A stretch of DNA of 32,008 bases from Aquificaceae bacterium. Lineage in GTDB: Bacteria > Aquificota > Aquificia > Aquificales > Aquificaceae. The notes under the pieces are model-generated. The model was not told where the DNA came from. It saw nothing but the letters and a program-made list of their open reading frames with translations, and did no database searches. Shown here piece by piece: positions 15,600 through 23,942 of this stretch; position 1 is the first letter of the stretch; each line of letters opens with the position of its first letter. Location: positions 1-32,008 of the forward strand of contig JAXSOX010000001.1 of the NCBI GenBank assembly GCA_037926525.1. The letters are read 5' to 3'. A program made the position numbers and the translations under genes.

Positions 15600-16846
15600 T
15601 GCTTTTCTACCTTTCCCTTTCCCTTTTTTCCCTTATAATGGCTGGCATTTTCGGGCTTCTTATAGCCTTAACGAGGACACCAGCGGTATCACTTCTTAAA
15701 TCTCCAGAGCTTTTTTATCATTTCCTTGTAGGGCATGTAACCTTTTCCATAACTGTATGGTTGATGACTTTTACCTTAGCCTTCTGGCACTATAAAGAAG
15801 GCAGGAAGGGAAGGGTTGCACCTCCAGCCACCCTACTGGGCATGCTCCTCCTTTCCCTCTCCTGCCTTTTGCCTTACGGAGAGCCCTATCTGAACAATTA
15901 CATACCCGTTGTTGGAACTCCCCTCTTCTATATTGGGCTTTTCCTGTTCTTTTTTGGTTTTCTTCTTGAGGTTCTACAAAGGTTGAGGGATGCAGTTAGA
16001 CTGAATGAGCTGTATTCTCTCTCTATTTTTTTTGGACTTCTCACTCTTCTTTCGATACCCCCTTCTTTCCTCATTGCTCACCCCGAGGGTGGCATGAAGC
16101 TTTTCTTTGAGAGGCTCTTCTGGATACCAGGACATTTTCAGCAGTTCATGTATGCTTCTGTAATGCTTGCGGTATGGCATGAACTCCTTAAAAGAAGCTC
16201 TGGCAGGGTGGTAAGCAGTCCTCTGTTGAAAGGTGCTAACCTTCTTCTCTTACTGTTTGCCCTACCACTACCACTGGGCTTCTTTACAGACCCACTTTCT
16301 GAAAGCTTCAAAAAACAGCTGTCCTTCTCCTTTGGGGTTGGGCTCGGCGTGCCTATCCTACTTCACAGCTATTATGTGCTTAGAAATCTTAGGTTAAGCT
16401 GGAATGTGGCCACCATCAGCCTTCTGTTCTCTATGGTCGTATACCATGTAGGTGCTTTTATAGCTTATGGTGGCATGCAAAGTGACTTGAGAATTCCAGC
16501 TCATTACCATGGTGTTGTCTCAGGCGTAACCATAGCCTTCATGGGCTTTACCTATTATATGCTCAAAGAAAGGCTTGGCTATGTCTTCTGGGAAAGTGTT
16601 GCAAAACTCCAACCAACCTTCTTCGGCTTAGGAATAAACCTTCTTGTTCTTGGTTTTTATTTGGCAGGCAGTATGGGTGCACCGAGAAAGACATACGGCT
16701 TTGAGTATGTTCAAGATGTAAAGGTTGTCCTTGCCTTGAATGTTATGGGCTTTGGTGGATTGCTGGCGGTGTTTGGTGGACTGCTCTTTATATCCTACGC
16801 CACCCTATCTCTTTTCAGAGGTTACAGAAATGTCAGGTATTTTTAG
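15599..16846 (+). CDS. divergent heme-copper oxidase subunit I paralogue lacking the helix VII His-His pair
   Basis: Start moved to ATG 15599 (TAATG overlap, GGAGGT SD). Retains LVGH46, LFWIPGH179FQQ, IPAH302YH304G and GAPRK; no HH between helix VI and helix X. Confidence 0.75.
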   Translation: MLFYLSLSLFSLIMAGIFGLLIALTRTPAVSLLKSPELFYHFLVGHVTFSITVWLMTFTLAFWHYKEGRKGRVAPPATLLGMLLLSLSCLLPYGEPYLNNYIPVVGTPLFYIGLFLFFFGFLLEVLQRLRDAVRLNELYSLSIFFGLLTLLSIPPSFLIAHPEGGMKLFFERLFWIPGHFQQFMYASVMLAVWHELLKRSSGRVVSSPLLKGANLLLLLFALPLPLGFFTDPLSESFKKQLSFSFGVGLGVPILLHSYYVLRNLRLSWNVATISLLFSMVVYHVGAFIAYGGMQSDLRIPAHYHGVVSGVTIAFMGFTYYMLKERLGYVFWESVAKLQPTFFGLGINLLVLGFYLAGSMGAPRKTYGFEYVQDVKVVLALNVMGFGGLLAVFGGLLFISYATLSLFRGYRNVRYF

Positions 16847-17579
16847 CCTTTTACTCCTACTGGTCCTACTGTCGTGGGCTAATGAACTGCTGCCTGATGA
16901 GAAGAAGACCATAGGCACATATGTGCCAGATGTAAGTCTTGAAGATAGCGATGGAAGAGTCTTTAGCATAAAGGGGCTTAACAAGGTTGTGGTGCTGAAC
17001 CCTATATACACCAGATGCACCTCCGCCTGCCCACTTATGACGCAGGGACTCAAGAAAGCCATAAAAGACCTTAGGGAAGATCTCGTAGTCCTTTCCCTGA
17101 CCTTTGACCCTAAGGACGGTCTTGAGGACCTTAGAAGGTTTAGAGAGGTTCACAACCTGCCAGAAAACTGGTATGTGGTAAGGAGTAAAGAAGCAGAAAA
17201 ACTCCTGCGAGCCATAGATTACAGGTATAGGTATGATGAAAAGCTCGGGGAATTTGACCATCCCAACCTTTATGTGGTGCTTACACCCTCTGGAAGGGTG
17301 TCAAGATACCTGTATGGTGTTAACCCAAAGCTTAGAGACCTTGAGCTTGCAGTGCTTGAAGCCAAGAGGGAAGAGGTCAGGCTGAGCCCCATTGAGGGCT
17401 TCTGGTTGAGATGCTTTAGGTATAACCCAGAAAGGGGAACTTACGAGGTGGATTGGTTTTTTGTTCTCAACGTAGCAGGAGGAATGTTCACCTTTACCCT
17501 TGTTCCCGCCCTTGTGTGGGGCAAAGGCATTTACAAGTTCTTCAGGACAATTCCTTATTTTTTAGTGAAAAACTCTTGA
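16830..17579 (+). CDS. SCO1/SenC-family copper chaperone with C-terminal TM anchor
   Basis: Start moved to ATG 16830. YTRCTSACP (CxxxC), SLTFDP.D, FDH, SRYLYG, C-terminal CFRYNP..G.Y plus TM helix. Confidence 0.88.
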   Translation: MSGIFSLLLLLVLLSWANELLPDEKKTIGTYVPDVSLEDSDGRVFSIKGLNKVVVLNPIYTRCTSACPLMTQGLKKAIKDLREDLVVLSLTFDPKDGLEDLRRFREVHNLPENWYVVRSKEAEKLLRAIDYRYRYDEKLGEFDHPNLYVVLTPSGRVSRYLYGVNPKLRDLELAVLEAKREEVRLSPIEGFWLRCFRYNPERGTYEVDWFFVLNVAGGMFTFTLVPALVWGKGIYKFFRTIPYFLVKNS

Positions 17580-17604
17580 CATATGGTAAACAATTACTTA
17601 TATT
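17576..17604 (+). promoter_or_regulatory. sigma70-type promoter of the nir operon
   Basis: TTGACA (17576-17581), 17 nt, TATATT (17599-17604); GTAA-ACAA-TTAC palindrome in the spacer; AAGGAGGT SD. Confidence 0.65.
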
Positions 17605-17642
17605 TATGAATATGAGTAAAATCACCTAAGGAGGTCATAGCC

Positions 17643-19301
17643 ATGGGTAAGAAGGTATTGCTAAGCGGTGTGCTGGGGGCTGTTGCCCTTGCGGGTAGTA
17701 TGGCGGTGGTTTATGCACAAAACCAGAAGAAGGAGGAGCTTCCCCCTCCTCCACCTATAACAAAGGAGGAGATGGAGATAGCCAAGCAGATCTACTTTGA
17801 CAGGTGTGCAGGATGTCATGGAACCCTGAGGAAAGGGGCAACAGGTCCGAAGCTTACGCCTGACAGAACGCGTCAACTTGGGACAGAAAGTCTCAAGGTA
17901 TTCATCACCTATGGAACTCCCGGTGGTATGCCTGACTGGGGAAGGCAAGGAATACTAAGCGACAAAGAGATAGACATATTGGCAAGGTTTTTGCAGCATG
18001 ACCCACCTGCACCTCCAGAGCTATCCCTTGCTGACCTGAAAAAAACTTGGAAGGTTTATGTTCCACCAGAAAAGAGACCTAAAAAGCCCGAGCATGATAG
18101 AAACTGGCAGAATTTCATGGGTGTGATACTTAGAGACGTGGGCAAGGTGGCAATAATTGATGGTGATACGAAAGAGCTTGTAAACATAGTGGATACAGGC
18201 TTTGCAGTTCATATAATAAGATACTCCGCCTCTGGTAGATATATGTATACCATTGGAAGGGACGGAAAAGCAACCATAGTGGACCTATGGATGAAAAAAC
18301 CCGACACCGTAGCGGAAGTTAAAGCCTGCAACGATGCAAGGTCCATAGACTCTTCAAAATATAAAGGACCAAAGGGGGATTTTCTTGATAGGTATGCCAT
18401 AATTGGATGCTACTGGCCTCCAATGATGGTGATACTTGACGGTCAGACCCTTGAACCGCTAAAGCTAATATCCACAAGCTCCTATACCTACGACACTAAC
18501 GAGTTTGTAAGGGAGGCAAGGGTAGCCTCCATAGTAGCTTCTCATCATGACCCAGAATGGATTGTGAACATAAAAGAAACTGGTCAAATATGGCTCGTAG
18601 ACTACTCCAATATAAAGGCCCCAAGGATAACCATGATTGAAGCGGAAAGATTTCTGCATGACGGCGGATGGGATGCTTCAAAGAGGTATTTCCTTGTTGC
18701 GGCCAACTTTAGGAATAAGGTCTCTATGGTAGATACTAAGGAGAAAAAACTCGTAGCCAACATAGAAACGGGTAAGATCCCTCATCCCGGTAGAGGTGCT
18801 AACTTTATTCATCCACAGTATGGACCTGTATGGTGCACTGGACATCTTGGTGAAAACACTATTGCCTGCATAGGCACAGACCCCAAGAGAAAGGAATACT
18901 TTGCAAAGGTTGTGGCAAAGGTTGAACTTCCAGGCGAGGGCGGTGGAAACCTCTTTATAAAGACCCATCCTAAATCAGAAAACCTCTGGGTGGACAGACC
19001 ACTCAACCCTGATCAAAAACTACAAAGAAGCGTGACGGTTCTTGATAGAAACACTCTCAAGGTTAAAGCCCAGATAGAAATACCTCCAGAGTTTCAAGGA
19101 AGGGCTGTTCATCCAGAGTATAACAGAGACGGCACCGAGGTATGGATTTCTGTATGGGGTAAAAAGGGCGAGCCAGAAAAGCAAGCTATACTCGTATACG
19201 ACGACAAGACCCTCAAACTCAAGCACGTTATCAGAGGTGACTGGGTTGCTACTCCAGCTGGTAGGTTCAACGTATACAACACAATGAAGGATATCTACTG
19301 A
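17643..19301 (+). CDS. nirS: cytochrome cd1 nitrite reductase
   Basis: Signal peptide, YFDRCAGCHG.LRKGATG, GTPGGMP, GFAVH, VNIKETG, FLHDGG, PHPGRGAN, FIKTHP, FNVYNT..DIY. Confidence 0.97.
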   Translation: MGKKVLLSGVLGAVALAGSMAVVYAQNQKKEELPPPPPITKEEMEIAKQIYFDRCAGCHGTLRKGATGPKLTPDRTRQLGTESLKVFITYGTPGGMPDWGRQGILSDKEIDILARFLQHDPPAPPELSLADLKKTWKVYVPPEKRPKKPEHDRNWQNFMGVILRDVGKVAIIDGDTKELVNIVDTGFAVHIIRYSASGRYMYTIGRDGKATIVDLWMKKPDTVAEVKACNDARSIDSSKYKGPKGDFLDRYAIIGCYWPPMMVILDGQTLEPLKLISTSSYTYDTNEFVREARVASIVASHHDPEWIVNIKETGQIWLVDYSNIKAPRITMIEAERFLHDGGWDASKRYFLVAANFRNKVSMVDTKEKKLVANIETGKIPHPGRGANFIHPQYGPVWCTGHLGENTIACIGTDPKRKEYFAKVVAKVELPGEGGGNLFIKTHPKSENLWVDRPLNPDQKLQRSVTVLDRNTLKVKAQIEIPPEFQGRAVHPEYNRDGTEVWISVWGKKGEPEKQAILVYDDKTLKLKHVIRGDWVATPAGRFNVYNTMKDIY

Positions 19302-20932
19302 TGAAGAGCTTTCTCCTGTCCATTATTTTCTGCTCCCTCTCCCTTGCGGGGGGAGCGGAGCTTTATCAAAGATACTGTTCTTCCTGTCATGGTGAGGACA
19401 GGCTTGGAAAGGTCGCACCTCCCCTCTTTTCCCTCCCCCCTTTTTTCAATTTGAAAGAAGATGAAAAGCTCTACCGGGTGATAAAGGAAGGCACAACGGG
19501 CATGCCAGCCTTCAGGGAATTAAAGGATGAAGAGATAAGAGCTATAGTGGAGTTTATTAAGAAGCCTGTTGAGAAGGAAAGTCTCAAGTGGGATCAAAAA
19601 AGAATTGAAGAAAGCAGGGAAAGGGACAAGGTGGATAGGGTCAAGATTGAGAACCTGAGAGATTACACCCTTGCTGTAGAAAGGGGCAGAAACCTTGTGT
19701 GGGTAATGGGGGGTAAGGAGGTTCTTGCTAAGTTTCCTTTCCCAAACATGCACGGGGGCATAAAGTTTACCATCTCAGGAGAGGTCTACATACCATCAAG
19801 GGATGGATGGATAGGTAAATACAACCCTTCTCAGGGAAAACTTGAAAGGATAAGAGCTTGCATATATCTAAGGAACATAGCCCTATCACCCGATGGGAAT
19901 ATACTTGTGGCAGGTTGCTGGATACCCTCACAGCTTGTGCTTTTTGACAGAGACCTTAATTTAATAGGAACGCTAAGGATAGAAGGAAGGATAAATGCGG
20001 TCTATGAGCTATACGGTGAGCGAGCCTTCATACTCACCTTCAGAGACAAACCCATTGTGGGATTTCTTGACTACAGGGACCTTTCCCTTGTTTACAAGCA
20101 TATAGACAGCCCTTTAGAGGATTTTATCATAGACCCTTTAGAGGAATACCTCATAGGAAGCACAAAGGATGGGCTCAAGGTTTATTCTCTGAGTGAACTA
20201 AAGCCGATAAAGGAAATAAAAGCGGTGGGAATTCCACACCTTGCCTCTGCTTACTTTTGGTATTCAAAGGGAAGTTTTTATTTTGCAACACCCCTGCTCA
20301 GAAAGGGAACCCTTTCCATATGGAGGGCATATCATTGGGAGCATGTAAAGGATATACCGCTGGGTGGAGAAGGCTTCCTCGCAAGGAGCAATTATGGAAC
20401 GCCTTTTGTTTGGGTTGACAACTCATCAGACCAAATGCTTCTTGTAGACAAAAGAAGTCTTGAGGTAAGAAGCATCAAACCCGTAGAGGGCAAGAGGGCA
20501 ACCCATGCTGAGTTCACCGGTGATGGAAGGATAGCCTACATAAGCGTCTACGAAAGGGATGGTGCCCTTGTGCTTTACGATGGTGTAAGCCTTAAAAAAA
20601 TTGCGGAATATCCTGCAAGCCATCCTGCTGGTAAGTATAACTTTATAAACAAGTCAAGGAGGTTTGATTCCGCACAGCTTGGCTATCAGGTCTTCATGGA
20701 AAAATGCTGGGGCTGTCATCATACTACAAAAGAAGCTTTTGGTCCACCCCTTAAGTGGTCTGTGCAAAACAGGAGTATCTCTCTGATTATGGCTCAAATA
20801 ATTGACCCTCAGAACACCTACAGACTTCTGGGCTACTCAAGGAACGCCATGCCAAAGATTGAGCTGAAAGATGAGGAGCTGAAGGCTCTTTTAAAGTTTA
20901 TGGAGGCTTTGAAAGATGGCTGGATGGATTGA
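19301..20932 (+). CDS. nirN: heme d1 biosynthesis protein NirN with an extra C-terminal cytochrome c domain
   Basis: N-terminal CSSCHG.DRLG, d1-type propeller (HGGIKF, SRDGW, PHL, HAEFT.DG, P.GKYN), then a second CWGCH...GP...MP domain. Confidence 0.88.
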   Translation: MKSFLLSIIFCSLSLAGGAELYQRYCSSCHGEDRLGKVAPPLFSLPPFFNLKEDEKLYRVIKEGTTGMPAFRELKDEEIRAIVEFIKKPVEKESLKWDQKRIEESRERDKVDRVKIENLRDYTLAVERGRNLVWVMGGKEVLAKFPFPNMHGGIKFTISGEVYIPSRDGWIGKYNPSQGKLERIRACIYLRNIALSPDGNILVAGCWIPSQLVLFDRDLNLIGTLRIEGRINAVYELYGERAFILTFRDKPIVGFLDYRDLSLVYKHIDSPLEDFIIDPLEEYLIGSTKDGLKVYSLSELKPIKEIKAVGIPHLASAYFWYSKGSFYFATPLLRKGTLSIWRAYHWEHVKDIPLGGEGFLARSNYGTPFVWVDNSSDQMLLVDKRSLEVRSIKPVEGKRATHAEFTGDGRIAYISVYERDGALVLYDGVSLKKIAEYPASHPAGKYNFINKSRRFDSAQLGYQVFMEKCWGCHHTTKEAFGPPLKWSVQNRSISLIMAQIIDPQNTYRLLGYSRNAMPKIELKDEELKALLKFMEALKDGWMD

Positions 20933-20944
20933 AGGAGGGATGAT

Positions 20945-22030
20945 ATGCTTAGAATAACTGAATACATAAGAGATACTCTTGAAGGAAAAAAGCCAAGACG
21001 TCTTGAAGGTCTTATACTCATCTGGAACCTTACCAACACTTGCAACCTGTATTGTAAGCATTGCTATTCTTCCGCCAATCAAGAAAGAGAAGGAGAACTT
21101 ACCCATGAGGAGGTGGTGAGCCTTGTGTATAGATTGCCTTCTGTGGGAGTAAGGTTTGCCATACTATCGGGTGGTGAACCTCTCCTACGGGAGGACATTT
21201 TTACTCTTGCTAAGCTTTTGAAAGAAAGAGGCATAAGCACATACCTTTCCACTAATGGTCTTCTCGTGAAGGAATGCATTGAAAAGATAAAAAAGCACTT
21301 TGACTATGTGGGCATAAGTATAGACGGTGAGCCAGAAGTTCATGATGCCTTCAGGGGTAAGAGAGGAGCTTTTGAAGAATCCCTGAAAGCCATAAGGGAA
21401 TGCATAAGGGAGGGCATAAGGGTAGGGCTCAGGTTCACTCTTACTCCTGTTACTTCAAAAAGCCTACCCTTTGTCTTTGACCTTGTGGAGAGGGAAGGAA
21501 TTCCAAAAATCTACATATCTCATCTTGTGTACTCTGGCAGGGGCAAAAAGCTTTCAGACCTTGAGAAGGAGGAATACAGAAGTTGGGTAAGGTTTGTTAT
21601 TAACAAATCCTTTGAATATGTGGAGAGAGGACTTCCTATAGATGTAGTCACAGGCAACAACGAGGCGGATGCGGTCTTGCTATACAGAGAGTTTGTAAAG
21701 AGGTATCCAAGGTTTGCAGAAAGCTTTTACGAAAGACTTCTTTTGTGGGGTGGTAATCAGGCAGGTGTTAGGCTTATGAACATAGACTTCAGAGGCAATG
21801 TAAAACCTGACCCCTTTTTCTTCCACAGTGTGGGCAATGTAAGGAAGGAGGACATAGTCAAAATATGGCAGGGTAATGGGCTACTGGGCTTTCTCAGAGA
21901 AAAACCACGGAGGCTTAAGGGGAAGTGTGAGAAGTGTTCCTTCATAGGTATATGCAACGGAAACTCAAGGGCAAGGGCTTATGCAGTTTTTGGAGATTAC
22001 AGAGAGGAGGACCCAGCATGCTACCTATGA
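20945..22030 (+). CDS. nirJ: heme d1 biosynthesis radical SAM/SPASM enzyme NirJ
   Basis: IWNLT..CNLYCKHCY, SGGEPL, Y.SHLVYSGRG, TGNNEAD, WGGN..G, C..C.....CNGNSRARA...DPACY. Confidence 0.92.
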   Translation: MLRITEYIRDTLEGKKPRRLEGLILIWNLTNTCNLYCKHCYSSANQEREGELTHEEVVSLVYRLPSVGVRFAILSGGEPLLREDIFTLAKLLKERGISTYLSTNGLLVKECIEKIKKHFDYVGISIDGEPEVHDAFRGKRGAFEESLKAIRECIREGIRVGLRFTLTPVTSKSLPFVFDLVEREGIPKIYISHLVYSGRGKKLSDLEKEEYRSWVRFVINKSFEYVERGLPIDVVTGNNEADAVLLYREFVKRYPRFAESFYERLLLWGGNQAGVRLMNIDFRGNVKPDPFFFHSVGNVRKEDIVKIWQGNGLLGFLREKPRRLKGKCEKCSFIGICNGNSRARAYAVFGDYREEDPACYL

Positions 22031-23061
22031 TATTACTTCTCTTAATCTTTCCTGTCCTTGTCCTCGCGGAAAAGCTGTATGTGGTTGAAAGGGAGAGAGG
22101 AAGACTTGCGGTTATAGAGGACGGAAAACTTGTAAAGGAAATAGAAGGGCTTGGAAATCTAAACCATGCAACCCTTAAGCTATGGAAGGGTAAAGCCTAT
22201 CTCATAAGCAGGGATGGATACCTAAGCCAGATAGATATACAAAGGGATGAACTCTTGAAAAAGGTAAAGGTTGGAGAGAGCACCATAGGCATAGACTTTA
22301 CAGAAGACCATGTGGTGGTCGCCAACTACGAACCAAAGACAGTTGTGGTCCTTGATGAAAGGTTAAACATAGTTCGGAGCTTCAATACGGGTTCAAGGAA
22401 CGTAGGCATAAAGGGCTTTGAGGGAGGCTTTGTCTTTTCTCTCATGGACAGGGATGAGATATGGCTCGTAAGGAATGGAGAAGTAAAGGTCTTTAAAGAG
22501 GTAGGAGCTATGCCCTTTGATGCCCTTCTTAAGGGGGATGTTTACGCGGTAGGCTTTTTCAAGGAGGAAGGCGTTGGGCTTTTGAACATAAAGGATGAAG
22601 GCTACAGGAAGGTTTTCTTTACTTCTGGCGATAAAGAGGTGGTTTTTAAAATACCCCACTTTGGCACGTGGGGACTTGTGGATGAAAGGGCTTTTATTCC
22701 TGCAGTTGGTGAAAGAAGGCTTTACGTGGTAAACCTCAAAGGCTTCAACCTTGAGGGTCATATAGACCTATCAGGACTGCCCGTCTTTGCTACCACCTCA
22801 CCAGACGGCATTTATATAGCGGTGAACTTTAGCGGAGACAGGGAGGACTACATAGCACTTGTGGAAGCAAAGGCTATGAAGGTAATAAAGGAGTTGCGAG
22901 TAGGCAGAAGGGTAATGCACACGAGGTTTTCTAAAGATGGCAAAAGGCTTTACATCTCCTCCTACTTTGACTCAAAACTTAGAGCCTTTTCAGTGCCGGA
23001 GCTAATACTACTTTACGAAGTTGATGTTCCAAACCCCTCTGGGGTTTTTCTAATAAAGTAA
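22018..23061 (+). CDS. nirF: heme d1-binding beta-propeller protein NirF
   Basis: Start moved to ATG 22018 (AGGAGG 7 nt upstream; 22027 also possible). VVERE.G, GLGNLNHA, SRDG, ANYEP, PFDAL, K.PH...W, PVF...SPDG....VNF, PSGVF. Confidence 0.87.
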   Translation: MLPMILLLLIFPVLVLAEKLYVVERERGRLAVIEDGKLVKEIEGLGNLNHATLKLWKGKAYLISRDGYLSQIDIQRDELLKKVKVGESTIGIDFTEDHVVVANYEPKTVVVLDERLNIVRSFNTGSRNVGIKGFEGGFVFSLMDRDEIWLVRNGEVKVFKEVGAMPFDALLKGDVYAVGFFKEEGVGLLNIKDEGYRKVFFTSGDKEVVFKIPHFGTWGLVDERAFIPAVGERRLYVVNLKGFNLEGHIDLSGLPVFATTSPDGIYIAVNFSGDREDYIALVEAKAMKVIKELRVGRRVMHTRFSKDGKRLYISSYFDSKLRAFSVPELILLYEVDVPNPSGVFLIK

Positions 23062-23073
23062 GGAGGTGTAGCC

Positions 23074-23838
23074 ATGGGTAAGGTCTATCTTGTGGGAGCA
23101 GGTCCAGGAGATATAGAGCTTTTAACCCTTAAGGCTTACAGGCTCGTAAGGTCTGCGGACGTTATACTCTACGACAGGCTTGTAAACCCTGAGGTGTTAT
23201 TGCTTGCAAAACCAGACTGTGAGCTTGTGTATGTGGGTAAAGAGGATGGAAAGCATACCATAGAGCAGGAAAAGATAAATGAGCTTCTCCTTCAATATGC
23301 TCATACGAGGGAAATTGTGGTTAGGCTCAAGGGTGGAGACCCCTTTGTCTTTGGAAGAGGTGGTGAGGAGGCTCTGTTCTTAGCCCAGCATGGCATAGAC
23401 TTTGAGATTGTCCCAGGTATAAGCTCCGCTATAGCAGTCCCAGCCTATGCGGGTATTCCTTTGACCTTTAGAGGCATCTCTTCTTCCTTTGCGGTTATAA
23501 CTGGACATGAAGACCCTAAAAAGAAAAACTCAAGCATAGACTGGGAAAGCCTCAAAGGAATAAACACTCTTGTTTTTCTTATGGCGGTTTCTAACAGACA
23601 GGAGATAGCAAGAAGGCTTATTGAGGTGGGTAGGGAGCCAGATGAACCTACCGCTTTTATAGAAAAGGGAACAACATCAGAACAGAGGGTTGTCATAACA
23701 AACCTTGGAGAACTTTCTGAAAATCCTCCAGAGGTAAAGCCACCTGCGGTTATGGTGGTGGGAAAGGTGGTTGGACTTAGGGATTATATGAACTGGTTTT
23801 CTGCCTTTGAAAAAATCCACGAAGTTCCTCTAACTTAA
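23074..23838 (+). CDS. nirE: uroporphyrinogen-III C-methyltransferase (NirE/CobA)
   Basis: VYLVGAGPGD.ELLTLKA, YDRLV, VRLKGGDPFVFGRGGEE; last gene of the nir operon. Confidence 0.92.
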   Translation: MGKVYLVGAGPGDIELLTLKAYRLVRSADVILYDRLVNPEVLLLAKPDCELVYVGKEDGKHTIEQEKINELLLQYAHTREIVVRLKGGDPFVFGRGGEEALFLAQHGIDFEIVPGISSAIAVPAYAGIPLTFRGISSSFAVITGHEDPKKKNSSIDWESLKGINTLVFLMAVSNRQEIARRLIEVGREPDEPTAFIEKGTTSEQRVVITNLGELSENPPEVKPPAVMVVGKVVGLRDYMNWFSAFEKIHEVPLT

Positions 23839-23881
23839 GAAACAATTCCTTAGAAAGGTTATTTCTTGGTGTTTTCCTCGC

Positions 23882-23910
23882 TTGTCTCTTTCAAAAAGTC
23901 TTTTTATGAT
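23882..23910 (+). promoter_or_regulatory. putative promoter of nrdD
   Basis: TTGTCT (23882-23887), 17 nt, TATGAT (23905-23910); AAGGAGGT SD before ATG 23943. Confidence 0.5.
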
Positions 23911-23942
23911 TTTAAAGTAAATAAATTATCAAGGAGGTAATT

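Noticed and set aside
15599-16846. Treating the second subunit I as a pseudogene
   Set aside because: Uninterrupted 415 codons, own SD, translational coupling on both sides and selective retention of His motifs.
17576-17589. TTGAC-ATAT-GGTAA as a DNR box at nirS
   Set aside because: The right half is a poor match, and the TTGACA is better explained as a -35 spaced 17 nt from TATATT; not fully excluded.
10742-22017. Track start positions 10742, 15569, 16740 and 21934
   Set aside because: These upstream extensions overlap the previous genes. Downstream ATGs (10778, 15599, 16830, 22018) have SDs and give proper signal or TM N-termini.
13194-23077. Identical 18-mer AAGGAGGTGTAGCCATGG at 13194-13211 and 23060-23077; also AGCCTCCTGTAAAT at 1648-1661 and 13053-13066
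   Set aside because: Explained by the shared SD/start-codon context; not evidence of a mobile-element repeat.
17547-23852. ACAATTCCTTA upstream of both the nirS and nrdD promoters
   Set aside because: Only two copies, at different distances from the -35; one lies in SCO coding sequence, and the palindromic partner half is not conserved. Too weak to call an operator.
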